32,000 bases of DNA. Source: Methanoculleus sp. Its GTDB lineage: Archaea > Halobacteriota > Methanomicrobia > Methanomicrobiales > Methanoculleaceae. The DNA is taken from positions 1-32,000 of the forward strand of contig JASGMC010000010.1 in the NCBI GenBank assembly GCA_030156625.1, written 5' to 3'. This document shows, piece by piece, positions 10,129 to 19,162 of this stretch. Every line of letters begins with the position of its first letter. Position 1 is the first letter of the stretch. Made by a program: the position numbers and the translations under genes. The notes under the pieces are model-generated. The model saw only the letters and a program-made list of their open reading frames with translations. It did not search any database and was not told the origin of the DNA.

Positions 10129-10605
10129 TTAGAGGTTTTTCAGGGCAACGATATCGGTCACACCGGTAAGTTTCCAGATATTCGAGCGCTCTTCGGAGGC
10201 GATCGCCTCGAGCGGCTCTTCGGGCTTGTGGCCAAGTGCGGCAAGGATATTCTGTGAGAGGTTATGCGCCCTGATCATGCTCACAAACTTCTCCCGGATG
10301 ATCTTCTTCTCGATAGCATCCTCGAGCTGTACCAGGTACCCCTGCATGGTCACGAAGGTGTAGCAGGAGAGGTCACCTGAATACTTCTCGATCTCAACGG
10401 AAACGTAAGGGTGCTGCCGGAAGAGGTCGTTCTTCCTGCCGTATTTGGTCGCCAGGAAGTAGAGAAACTTTCCGTCGAAGACGTACAGGAACGGGGCGAT
10501 ATACGGGTATTTACCTCCCTGGAATGCAATACGGCTGACAAACCCCTCCGCTATGAGTTTATCGTACTCTTCTTTATCCATACTCGGGATCTTCACGATC
10601 TCCAT
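10129..10605 (-). CDS. Pyridoxamine 5'-phosphate oxidase-fold (FMN-binding split-barrel) family protein
   Basis: 158 aa. GFVSRIAF...PYIAPFLYVFDGKFLYFLATKYGRK matches the PNPOx-like family pattern. Confidence 0.7.
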   Translation of the reverse strand: MEIVKIPSMDKEEYDKLIAEGFVSRIAFQGGKYPYIAPFLYVFDGKFLYFLATKYGRKNDLFRQHPYVSVEIEKYSGDLSCYTFVTMQGYLVQLEDAIEKKIIREKFVSMIRAHNLSQNILAALGHKPEEPLEAIASEERSNIWKLTGVTDIVALKNL

Positions 10606-10930
10606 CGGGCATCCTCCTATGCCGGTAACCTGTAAGAGTTCATATAAGTTTCCACGCGAAGGCGTAACTCCTCCTGATAAAGAGTTAATGCCCGACGATT
10701 GCGGGCCTGATACCCGTTATCTCTGTTTTAACGGCAGAAAATCGAGGGAGGAGGAGGCGCCCGCAGGCCTGCCGTTTCAGGAGGGGGTTTGAAGAATTTT
10801 TGCCGGCGGTTTCTGGTTCCGGCCTCCAGGGAGGGGATTCGTGCTGGCCGGATGTGCCGACCTATGGATGGCGGATATCCGCCGGTGCGGGAAACGGTTT
10901 TGTCGGAGAGGTCTTTTTTTCAAACAGACA

Positions 10931-10950
10931 ATATAATAATATTTATATTC
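10931..10950 (+). promoter_or_regulatory. TATA-box-like element upstream of the 10967 gene
   Basis: atataataatatttatattc lies 17-36 nt upstream of the ATG in an otherwise GC-rich genome. Confidence 0.4.
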
Positions 10951-10966
10951 ATCAATTGAAAGAAAA

Positions 10967-12388
10967 ATGCGCATGAGCAAACACCGTGAAACTGCTCTAA
11001 TTCTCTTGGGAATTGCCGTCTGCGCGGAATTCCTCCTCACCGCACCGGCCGTTGCCGGCTCCGGCCAGGGGCTCATGGCACTGGAGTCGGGAGAACTGTT
11101 GTCGTTCTCACTCGACGAGCTTTCGGCGGCGGAGAACGAATCTGAGCCATCCGGCGTTTCGACACCCCCGGGCGAGGTGAATGCTTCCGAAGCATTCCCG
11201 GTACTTCCGAATGAGAGTGTTACCCCGAATACAGCCCCGTTACCCCCGGAAGCAGAGAACGCTTCCGATGTATTCCCGGTACTTCCGGATGAAGGGAACA
11301 CCTCCGATGCGGTCCCGGTATTCCCGGACGAGGAGAATGCCTCCGGTGAAGTCCCCGTCCCGACCGGGCCCGGTGTCCCCGATTCAAAGCAGGTGGTGCC
11401 TGGCGGTCCGATCCCTGCGGTCGATGCACCTCAGTACGGAACCGACGGCTACGACGACGAACGGCTGATAGGGCTGATCAGCACCGCCAGCATTCGCCTG
11501 ATGAAACTCTCGATGGAGCATGCCTATGCCCTCTACCAGCAGGATGCGGATGCCGCCGCCGTAGCGGCGGACGAGCTGCACGCGTTCTCTGTCAGGCTCC
11601 TCCGCGAGGTGCAGCCGCTCCAGGTCTCTCCGGAACGCCAGCCCGTCAAGGACGAGTTCGTCAGGTCGCTCGAGGCCTACTCTGCGGCAAGCGAGACGCT
11701 TCTCCACCCGACAGATGCCGATGGAGATGCCGTTCCGGCGGCCTTCAGGGATCTGGCCACGGCATCCGAAGGGCTCGAAACGGTTAACCGGCAGGCTGGC
11801 GAGGCGCAGCCGGCCCCCGGCACCCGCATGTCCGCGATAAGCGCCGGGACACCTGCCGCCTCGGCCGCCACAGGGCCGGTCCTGGTCGCACCGCCGGAGA
11901 AGGTGCTCCCTCTCCTGGACCGCTACACCTACGACGACCCGTCAGGCGAGAACATGGTCTCTCTGCTCGCGGAGTCCACCCGGACCGCAACGGAGTACCA
12001 GGAGGTCCCCATCAATGCGTCGACGCCGAAAGTCGAGGCGGGTGAAGGGCGCATGTTCCTCCTCGTTGCCGTCAAGTCGACCAACCTCGGGCACAGGGGA
12101 GACTCCGATCTCTACACCATCGAGACTCCCGGCCGGGACGCGTTCGTTCTCGAATGCCAGGGAACGACGTTTGCGCCCATGGAGGTCCCGCCCTTCACCA
12201 CGCTCGGGGAGTCGTTTGATCGAAAGACGCTCGAGCGGTACGAGTCGCTGAAAGGCTACCTTTACTTCGACGTCCCTGCAACTCTCGATGTCTCCGGGGC
12301 GACTCTCAGGGCGGATCTCGGGGATGCCGGGATGCCCGCCTGGGAACTCGGAAAGAAACTCGGCGAAGAGTCGGGGGATGCGGTATAA
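10967..12388 (+). CDS. Secreted protein with sequon-rich tandem-repeat linker and C-terminal DUF4352-like Ig-fold domain
   Basis: Signal/TM segment LILLGIAVCAEFLLTAPAVA. 13-aa repeats follow. The C-terminus (MFLLVAVKSTNLGHRGD...LKGYLYFDVPATLD) resembles DUF4352. Confidence 0.7.
   Translation: MRMSKHRETALILLGIAVCAEFLLTAPAVAGSGQGLMALESGELLSFSLDELSAAENESEPSGVSTPPGEVNASEAFPVLPNESVTPNTAPLPPEAENASDVFPVLPDEGNTSDAVPVFPDEENASGEVPVPTGPGVPDSKQVVPGGPIPAVDAPQYGTDGYDDERLIGLISTASIRLMKLSMEHAYALYQQDADAAAVAADELHAFSVRLLREVQPLQVSPERQPVKDEFVRSLEAYSAASETLLHPTDADGDAVPAAFRDLATASEGLETVNRQAGEAQPAPGTRMSAISAGTPAASAATGPVLVAPPEKVLPLLDRYTYDDPSGENMVSLLAESTRTATEYQEVPINASTPKVEAGEGRMFLLVAVKSTNLGHRGDSDLYTIETPGRDAFVLECQGTTFAPMEVPPFTTLGESFDRKTLERYESLKGYLYFDVPATLDVSGATLRADLGDAGMPAWELGKKLGEESGDAV
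11180..11375 (+). repeat. About five imperfect 39-bp (13-aa) tandem repeats inside the CDS
   Basis: Units start at 11180, (11219, diverged), 11258, 11297 and 11336. Consensus N-x-S-[DE]-x-[FV]-P-V-x-P-[DN]-E. Each carries an N-x-S/T sequon. Confidence 0.8.
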
Positions 12389-12401
12389 CCCGCACCGTCC
12401 C

Positions 12402-12408
12402 TTTTTTT
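12402..12408. terminator. Oligo-T tract between convergent genes (candidate archaeal terminator)
   Basis: A T7 run sits between stop codons at 12388 (+) and 12420 (-). Confidence 0.4.
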
Positions 12409-12419
12409 CATCTCTTCGA

Positions 12420-12917
12420 TCAGAGCGAGAGCAGTTCCACGTCCCGGGTCACCGTATCCAGCACGGCGATGGTCGGCCGGCCGGTCAGGTAACCGCAGGC
12501 TTCCCCGGGGTTGACGACCAGCGTCGACCCGAGTTTCCGGACCTCCGCCCTGTGGGTATGGCCGTGGACCACGATGTCGAAGGCCTTTCGCCCTACGAGC
12601 GCCTGCAGGAGTTCACGGTCGTCACCGTGCAGCAGTCCGATCGTCATGCCGCCCGCCGTGACGGCGGCAAAGCCTCCCCGCAGGCTGAGCAGGTCGTGCT
12701 CGGCAAACCGTGCCGAAAGGAGACTGTGGTCGCCGTCGTTGTTCCCGAGAACACCGATCATGGGTGATTGGAGATTCGCAAGCCGGGGGATGACGAACGG
12801 CGAGACATAATCCCCGGCATGGAGTACCAGGTCCACCCGTTCCCTGTTCAGCTGCTCTACGGCCGTATTCACCATTCCAAGGTTGTCATGTGTGTCCGAG
12901 AGGATCCCGATGCGCAT
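12420..12917 (-). CDS. MJ0936/YfcE-family metallophosphoesterase
   Basis: MRIGILSDTHDN, HAGD, GNND and VVHGHTH metal-binding motifs. The ATG at 12917 is preferred over the upstream GTG at 12941. Confidence 0.85.
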   Translation of the reverse strand: MRIGILSDTHDNLGMVNTAVEQLNRERVDLVLHAGDYVSPFVIPRLANLQSPMIGVLGNNDGDHSLLSARFAEHDLLSLRGGFAAVTAGGMTIGLLHGDDRELLQALVGRKAFDIVVHGHTHRAEVRKLGSTLVVNPGEACGYLTGRPTIAVLDTVTRDVELLSL

Positions 12918-13221
12918 GTATGCATTCCTGACCGCCGTCACGATATATATGGCTGTTCATCGTCCCGGCGATCCGGGAAAACAGCGGGGAACTCCGGGAG
13001 GCACATTCCTCTCCATGTCAACCGGCACGCGCCTTTACCCACACCGCCCCGGAATTCCTGAATTTTCCACCATACTCCCACTTTTTAAACAGGAAAATCT
13101 TTATCTGGCTGATATCTGATACAGGAATAGGAGCGTGCTTCCGGGGATGCACCGGGTCCGGTGCCCTGCCCGGGCCGGGCGCACCGGGAGCGCGGAAACA
13201 ATGGATTCGTGGAGGTACAGC

Positions 13222-13392
13222 ATGTGGGCATACGTCAAACGGTCTGACGGCAGAACAGAGGAGCGGGAGTTTCCTGCCGGGGTTTCAATCGAGATCGGCG
13301 ACATCCTCGAAGACGGCTCGATCGTCGTCGATGTTCCGTACCCTGACGACATCGACGACGATGCGGAAGCCCCGGTACTCTACGACGACTGA
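13222..13392 (+). CDS. Small acidic hypothetical protein (56 aa)
   Basis: The ATG at 13222 is preceded by GGAGGT 6 nt upstream. The C-terminus is strongly acidic. No homology was recognised. Confidence 0.3.
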   Translation: MWAYVKRSDGRTEEREFPAGVSIEIGDILEDGSIVVDVPYPDDIDDDAEAPVLYDD

Positions 13393-13443
13393 ACGTCGCA
13401 CGGTTGAGAGCGGCGGGCGGCAGAAGAGCGTGCCGCGCTCGTT

Positions 13444-14676
13444 TTATCGCTGGAACCAGCCTGCGGCACGCCGCATCGGCTGGACGTTCGCTCCTTCCAT
13501 CTCGCCGAGAGCAAACGCGAACCTCGCCCGGATGGTCGGCGGAAGGTCGCTCTCCGGTATCGATATGAACCCGTACTCTCCATAAAAATCGACGAGGTTC
13601 CGGACCGAGTGCATGTACAGGGTGTCGTGCTGGCACGCCTCGACGAGTGCGTCCATCGCCCTCCGGGCATACCCCCGGCCCCGGAACCGGGCCGGGGTGA
13701 AGACGCCGTCGACCTCGTAGCCGTCCGGATGCCGGCGGCATCGGGCGACGGAGACGAGGGTGCCGTCCGCAAAGACTCCGAATATCCGGTCAGTCTCCGG
13801 GTCCGCCGTCAACTCGTGATAGTCGAGCCAGATCTCCTCGGCGAGCCCGAACTCCTCGCTTCGCAGTTCCCTGGCCTCGATCTGCAGGTTGATCAGGACC
13901 GCCAGCACCAGCATCGGCTGTTTTACGCACCCTGCGACGGCACTCGTGACGCTCCCGAGCGGGGCGCTTCCCGGGGCGTCGCGCTTCCCGATGCGCGGGA
14001 TGACGACCGTGGAGGCGTCGATCTCGTCTCCTACGGCACAAATGGTGCGCGCCGGGTCCCCGGCCCGTACCAGGACCCCAATCTCCCGCCCTGTGGACGC
14101 GAGGCCGTTACGGAGAGCGGCGAGCCGGTCGCCTGTCTCCTGCTCCTCCTCTTCGCGTCCGGGTTCGACGACGTGCAGGAGCACCGCCGTCCCGGTCCCG
14201 GCAGGGTCTTCCAGGGCTGCTCGGACTTCAGGAGCCGGGGCCGCGAGATCGGTCGGCACCAGAACCCGTGCAAAGAGCGGCTGCCTGCCTTCTCCCGACT
14301 GCGGGACAATCAGGACGTGTATCCGCGCATCCCGGAGCACGGTGGCCGCAACGTTCCCGGAGAAGAGGTTCCGGAGCAGGCCCGGGTCCCTGACCCCCAT
14401 CGCGATCAGGCTTACACCCATCCCGGCGGCGGCCCTGAGTATCCTCTCCGGGACAGGCGTCCCGTCGTCTTCCGCCAGCACCACCTCGACGGGGTATCCC
14501 TGTCGCTGCACCCGCTCCTGCATCTGCCGGAGCACGTCATCGGCGGACGAGGAACCGGCCGCTGTCCGGGCATGGACGAGGACGACCTCGCGGACGCCCG
14601 GAACCTCACCGACCCGCTCCGCCATGGCAGCGGAGGCCTCAGAGAGGTCTGTCGGGATGAGCACCTTTGTAAACAT
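13444..14676 (-). CDS. Tandem universal stress protein (USP) domains fused to a C-terminal GNAT acetyltransferase
   Basis: Two USP starts (MFTKVLIPTDLSE and FARVLVPTDLAAP). C-terminal GNAT motif A region: FRGRGYARRAMDALVEAC...FYGEYGF. Confidence 0.8.
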   Translation of the reverse strand: MFTKVLIPTDLSEASAAMAERVGEVPGVREVVLVHARTAAGSSSADDVLRQMQERVQRQGYPVEVVLAEDDGTPVPERILRAAAGMGVSLIAMGVRDPGLLRNLFSGNVAATVLRDARIHVLIVPQSGEGRQPLFARVLVPTDLAAPAPEVRAALEDPAGTGTAVLLHVVEPGREEEEQETGDRLAALRNGLASTGREIGVLVRAGDPARTICAVGDEIDASTVVIPRIGKRDAPGSAPLGSVTSAVAGCVKQPMLVLAVLINLQIEARELRSEEFGLAEEIWLDYHELTADPETDRIFGVFADGTLVSVARCRRHPDGYEVDGVFTPARFRGRGYARRAMDALVEACQHDTLYMHSVRNLVDFYGEYGFISIPESDLPPTIRARFAFALGEMEGANVQPMRRAAGWFQR

Positions 14677-14685
14677 GGTTTCACC

Positions 14686-15876
14686 TCATATTATCCGGTA
14701 TCCGCCGGGGGGCACATGTATCACGAACCTTGCACCCCTGCCGGGCGTCCCGGTCTCGCGGATCGTCATGCCTGTGATGGAGAGGATCTCCCGGACGAGG
14801 AAGAGCCCGAGCCCCCCGTCGACGCCGACGCCGTATGCAAAGATACTCTCTTTCTCTGTTTCGGGAACACCTTCACCGTCGTCTTCGACGCAGATCGAGA
14901 GCCCGTCGTCCCGGATCCGGTAGGTGATGACGACCTTTGAAGCTGTCTTTCCGTGGCGGGCGGTGTTTTCGATCAGGTTCGCAAAGACCCGGTCGAGCAT
15001 CGGGTCGGCAAAGACCTCGAGCCGTTCCACCCAGGGCCGGACCGATATCCCGGGGAGCAGCAGGCCCGATGTCGTTTCCCGGATCACCTCCTGCAGCGGC
15101 TGCCAGTCCGGCGGCCGGAGGCCGAGGTCCTGGTAGTCCCGGGTGATCTCTGCGCGGCGCTGCACGAGCCGGGCATCTTCTTCCAGGCTCTCCAGGTGCC
15201 GGCGGATGGCGGGGTCGTCGAACTGGTGCATTCCTGCGGCGATCCGCTCGAGGAGGGCGGATACCGCTGCCGCGAGGTCGTTCCGGGTGAGTCGTCCCAG
15301 CATGTTCAGTTTGGCGTTTGTCCGGCGGAGCGCGTCCTCGGCGTTCTTCCGGCCGGTGATGTCAATGAGCGTGAGGACGATCCGCCCGTCGGGGAGCCGG
15401 CCACCCGACGCGAGCACCTGGACAGCGGCTCCGTCGGCGCGGCGGAGAGACGTCTCATACTCGTAAACGGCGCCATTTCGGTCGATCTCCGCCTTGAACG
15501 TCTCCCAGGCACCGGGATTGTCAAGGAATACGGTGACGGGCTCTCCGATCAGGTCCTTCGTCGTGGAGCCGAGGAGAACGGCACCCACGTAGTTTGCCTC
15601 TTCGATGCGCGGGCCGGCCTCGCCCGGTACAACGACGAACGTTCCCGCCTCCGAGTTGTCGAAAACCCCCCGGTAGCGCTCTTCCTGCTCCCGCAGGCGG
15701 AGAGAGAGGAGCGATACGATGCCGCCGATGGCGGCGAAGACCACCGCCCGCGAGAGAGCCGAAACGGCCAACCCGGCGTCTCCCCCGGTGAAGGGCAGGG
15801 CCATCGCCAGGTAGCCGAGGGCGAGAGCGATCGAGAAGGCGATGCCGCGGCGGGGGAACCAGTAGGCGGCAAGCAC
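14686..15876 (-). CDS. Membrane-associated PAS-domain sensor histidine kinase
   Basis: N-terminal TM helices and a PAS-like segment (YRGVFDNSEAGTFVV...). HATPase_c motifs NLIENTARHG, DDGEGVP and GGLGLFLVREI. The annotated start is a GTG. Confidence 0.85.
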   Translation of the reverse strand: MLAAYWFPRRGIAFSIALALGYLAMALPFTGGDAGLAVSALSRAVVFAAIGGIVSLLSLRLREQEERYRGVFDNSEAGTFVVVPGEAGPRIEEANYVGAVLLGSTTKDLIGEPVTVFLDNPGAWETFKAEIDRNGAVYEYETSLRRADGAAVQVLASGGRLPDGRIVLTLIDITGRKNAEDALRRTNAKLNMLGRLTRNDLAAAVSALLERIAAGMHQFDDPAIRRHLESLEEDARLVQRRAEITRDYQDLGLRPPDWQPLQEVIRETTSGLLLPGISVRPWVERLEVFADPMLDRVFANLIENTARHGKTASKVVITYRIRDDGLSICVEDDGEGVPETEKESIFAYGVGVDGGLGLFLVREILSITGMTIRETGTPGRGARFVIHVPPGGYRII

Positions 15877-16272
15877 GATCGGCAGGTACAGCAGGTGCGG
15901 GAGGACGCTGGTGATACCGGCAAGAAGCGCGGCGGCGTTCGCGGCGAAGGCGACGAGGACTGATGCCGCGAGCAGGAGGGGGCGGGTATCCCTCCGTGCA
16001 GGCCGGCGCCGCCCGGAGATCAGGCTGCTCGCCCCCGAATATGGTTATGAAACGCAGCCGGACCTCTGAATATCCAGACGGGGGACATTGCTCCACGACA
16101 TGCTCTCTGCATGATCTCCACAAGGCGCTTTGGCTTTTAGGCTTTAAAATGGATCTGATCGGCGGGCCGCCGGGACAGGGCGCGCCGGCCTTCTCTCCAC
16201 GGAGACGGGGGCATGCAAAAGGCATATGCCATTCGTTCCGTCATTACTGATCAGGATAATCAGGGAACAACC

Positions 16273-17865
16273 ATGAAGATCTCACTCCTCCAGGTGAACA
16301 CGGTCGTCGGCGACCTCGCCGGCAACGCCGACCGGATAGCGGCAGGCGTCGCGGGGGCATCCCGTCACCGGCCGGACCTGATCGTCGCCCCGGAACTCTC
16401 TCTGACCGGCTGCCCCCCGGGGGACCTGCTGCTCAATAAGGGGTTTATAGCGCGGAGCCTCGCCGTCCTGGGAGACCTGGCCGCAAACCTCGCCGATGCG
16501 CCGCCGGTGCTCGTCGGTTTCGCCGAGCCGAACCGCTCCGGAACCGGCCGGCCGCTCTTCAACGCAGCCGCCCTCCTCCGGGACGGTGCGGTAGGGAAAA
16601 CGTTCCGGAAAGCCCCCATCTCCGATGGTATCCTCGATGAAACTCGCTACTTCGAGCCGGCGGCCGAAAGCCCCGGGCTCCTCCGCATCGGCGAAAGGAC
16701 GGTCGGGGTCACCATCAGCGAGGAGGTCCGGTTCGGCGGGCCGATGCCGGACGTGGTCGTGAACCTCTCCGCATCGCCGTTTGCCGCTGGCAGGCAGCGC
16801 CTGCGCGAGGAGGCGCTCTCCCGGTTCGCGAGGGAGCACGGGGTCGCAATCGCCGCGGCAAACCTCGTCGGCGGGAACGACGACCTGGTCTTTGACGGCC
16901 GGAGTGTTGCCTTTTTTGCCGACGGAACTCTCATCGCCCGCGGTGCGGCCTTTGCCGAAGACGTCGTGACCGTCGACCTCGCCCACCCCGCCCCGCAGGC
17001 GGTCGCACCCGACGACCAGGCACCCGAGTCCGAGATCTGGCGGGCGCTGGTGCTCGGGACCCGCGACTACGTCCACAAGTGCGGGTTTACATCCGTCCAT
17101 CTCGGCCTCTCCGGCGGGATCGACTCCTCGCTCGTGGCCGCCGTCGCTGTCCGGGCGCTCGGGCCGGAGAACGTCCTCGGGATGCTCCTCCCCTCCCCCC
17201 ACACCTCCGCCGAGAGCGCCGAGGACGCCCGAGAACTTGCAAAGAACCTCGGTATCCGGGTGGAGTGCGTCCCGATCGCTCCGATGATGGAGGCGTTCGA
17301 CGGAGCCCTCGCGGGAGTCTTCGCGGGGCTTGCCCCCGACATCACCGAGGAGAACCTGCAGGCCAGGATCCGCGCGACCGTCCTGATGGCCCTCGCGAAC
17401 AAGTTCGGCTCCATGCTCCTCTCGACCGGGAACAAGTCGGAAGCCGCGGTCGGCTACTGCACCCTCTACGGGGATGCGGCGGGGGGGCTTTCCGTGATCG
17501 CCGACGTCCCGAAGGGGATGGTCTACCGGATTGCCCGGTGGCTGAACGCGAAGGATCCCGTCATCCCCAAGAGGGTGCTAAAAAAGCCCCCTTCCGCAGA
17601 GCTCCGGCCCGACCAGACCGACCAGGAGATCCTCCCCCCCTACGACCTCCTCGACGCGATCCTCCATCGCTACATCGACTGCTTCGAGTCGGCGGACGAG
17701 ATCATCGCCGCCGGGTATCCTGCAGAGACCGTCAGGAAGGTCCTCCGGATGGTCGGGCAGGCGGAGTTCAAGCGCCGGCAGGCCCCGCCCGGGATCAGGG
17801 TGACCGATCGGGCGTTCGGGACGGACTGGCACATGCCGATCGCCGCGAAGCACTGGTGGCGTTGA
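16273..17865 (+). CDS. nadE: Glutamine-dependent NAD+ synthetase (CN-hydrolase domain plus NAD synthetase domain)
   Basis: N-terminal nitrilase-like domain (MKISLLQVN..., APELSLTG) and the PP-loop SGGIDSS. Start placed at ATG 16273. Confidence 0.9.
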   Translation: MKISLLQVNTVVGDLAGNADRIAAGVAGASRHRPDLIVAPELSLTGCPPGDLLLNKGFIARSLAVLGDLAANLADAPPVLVGFAEPNRSGTGRPLFNAAALLRDGAVGKTFRKAPISDGILDETRYFEPAAESPGLLRIGERTVGVTISEEVRFGGPMPDVVVNLSASPFAAGRQRLREEALSRFAREHGVAIAAANLVGGNDDLVFDGRSVAFFADGTLIARGAAFAEDVVTVDLAHPAPQAVAPDDQAPESEIWRALVLGTRDYVHKCGFTSVHLGLSGGIDSSLVAAVAVRALGPENVLGMLLPSPHTSAESAEDARELAKNLGIRVECVPIAPMMEAFDGALAGVFAGLAPDITEENLQARIRATVLMALANKFGSMLLSTGNKSEAAVGYCTLYGDAAGGLSVIADVPKGMVYRIARWLNAKDPVIPKRVLKKPPSAELRPDQTDQEILPPYDLLDAILHRYIDCFESADEIIAAGYPAETVRKVLRMVGQAEFKRRQAPPGIRVTDRAFGTDWHMPIAAKHWWR

Positions 17866-18545
17866 TGGCGGCGCCCCTCACCGACGATCTGCTCGATATC
17901 TACGGCGCCCTCTCCGCGGCGTTCGGCCACCAGCACTGGTGGCCTGCAGAGACGCCCTTCGAGACGATGGTCGGCGCCATCCTCACCCAGAACGTCTCCT
18001 GGACAAACGCGGCCCGGGCCGTCCGTAACCTGCAGGACGCCGGGATGCTCGACCCGCACCTGCTCGCCGGGGCCGATACCGCCGACATCGCCCGCCTGAT
18101 CGTCCCTTCACGGTTCTACAACCAGAAGGCGGAGCGGATCCGGGAATACGCCCGGGTCTACGCTGCCGAGTTTCGGGCGGACACGGCGGCGATGGCGGAC
18201 GTGGAGACCGGCGCCCTGCGCGAGCGCCTGCTCGCCCTCCGCGGCCTCGGGAAGGAGACGGCGGACACCATCCTGCTGTATGCCTGCGAAAAGCCGGTCT
18301 TCGTCGTCGATGCCTACACCCGGCGGATATTCTCGCGCTACGGCCTCCTCCCCGAAGGGGCGTCCTACGACCGGACGCAGCGGCTCTTTGCCGACAACCT
18401 CGAAGAGGACGTGGAACTCTTCAACGACTACCACGCCCAGATCGTGCGCCTGGGAAACGCCGTCTGCAAAAAGTCGCCGCTCTGCGATCGCTGCCCCATC
18501 CGGGAGGTTCGCGGGGCGCTCCGGTGCGCCGGGGGGCGGGGATGA
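17865..18545 (+). CDS. Endonuclease III-related HhH-GPD family protein with a 4Fe-4S cluster loop
   Basis: HQHWWPAETPFE...ILTQNVSW, the HhH segment LRGLGKETADTILLY, and the Cys cluster CKKSPLCDRCPI...C. The ATG overlaps the nadE stop (TGATG). Confidence 0.8.
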   Translation: MAAPLTDDLLDIYGALSAAFGHQHWWPAETPFETMVGAILTQNVSWTNAARAVRNLQDAGMLDPHLLAGADTADIARLIVPSRFYNQKAERIREYARVYAAEFRADTAAMADVETGALRERLLALRGLGKETADTILLYACEKPVFVVDAYTRRIFSRYGLLPEGASYDRTQRLFADNLEEDVELFNDYHAQIVRLGNAVCKKSPLCDRCPIREVRGALRCAGGRG

Positions 18546-18699
18546 AGCATATAAGGTATCTCTGGGGCGCGAAGGGAAGTGACCAACAACCACACGAACT
18601 TCGCGTTTTCGCGCGAGATCTCGTTGTCTACTGACGATTCACACGAAGTGCAACTGCCCGGAGGATAGAAACTTGAGAAGCCACAGGCTTCAAGCCGCG

Positions 18700-18815
18700 A
18701 CGGGCCGAAGGGCTGGAGCGTGAGCACCGCAGGTGCGACGTTCCTCCGGAACGGAGCTTGAGCACCGCAAGGTGCGGGGGCAGGCGGAGTTCGAGCACCG
18801 TCAGGTGCGCAGTTC
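18700..18815. repeat. Three tandem REP-like hairpin units related to the repeat at 1-135
   Basis: Cores start at 18715, 18753 and 18786: ggagcgtgagcaccgcaggtgc, ggagcttgagcaccgcaaggtgc and ggagttcgagcaccgtcaggtgc. Each has a GCACC...GGTGC stem. The leader gacgggccgaagggc matches gacgggccgtagggc at position 1. Confidence 0.8.
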
Positions 18816-18869
18816 AGTGGAAAGCCGTGCCCCTGGGGCCGCCAGCGCCGGGAGAAAACCGATACCCGC

Positions 18870-19049
18870 TCATTTCTTCCGGTAGATGTTCAGCCCGATC
18901 CTGATCTCCTCGTGCCCCGGCACCGCAACGTTGCCCTCGGTGGAGGCGATCGTGATCGATTTTCCGCTCTTCGATGCGCCGAACTCTTTTTCGAGATCCA
19001 CGCGTATGGTGAGGACGCTTCCCTCAACCGTCATGTCGACGTTCTTCAT
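18870..19049 (-). CDS. Small hypothetical protein (59 aa)
   Basis: MKNVDMTVEGSVLTIRVDLEKEFGASKSGKSITIASTEGNVAVPGHEEIRIGLNIYRKK. Compact beta-rich sequence with good codon bias. Start placed at the internal ATG 19049. Confidence 0.5.
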   Translation of the reverse strand: MKNVDMTVEGSVLTIRVDLEKEFGASKSGKSITIASTEGNVAVPGHEEIRIGLNIYRKK

Positions 19050-19162
19050 ACCCACCTGTACGCATCTCCGGGAAATATGCACACCGGTGCGGATACAGCG
19101 GAACAACAAACCCTATCCCGCCCCCCACCCAACCGTACCACTACATCAGGTCTTGTGGCGCA

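Noticed and set aside
10777-11301. 174-aa minus-strand ORF overlapping the 5' end and promoter of the secreted repeat protein gene
   Set aside because: It is the antisense reading of the 39-bp repeats (a mirror-image Ser/Gly repeat). It crosses the AT-rich promoter and has no start context.
13609-14940. Long antisense ORFs opposite real genes (for example 13609-14940 +, 13889-14923 +, 3159-4202 +, 6920-7708 -, 16282-17202 -, 20876-21874 -)
   Set aside because: These are shadow ORFs on the strand opposite well-supported genes. They are Arg/Gly/Pro/Asp-rich with no domain signatures, as expected from stop-codon scarcity in GC-rich sequence.
17079-17864. Upstream 260 codons of the 488-aa track ORF 17079-18545
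   Set aside because: This part overlaps nadE in another frame and is Arg/Pro-rich. The endonuclease III-like similarity begins only at ATG 17865.
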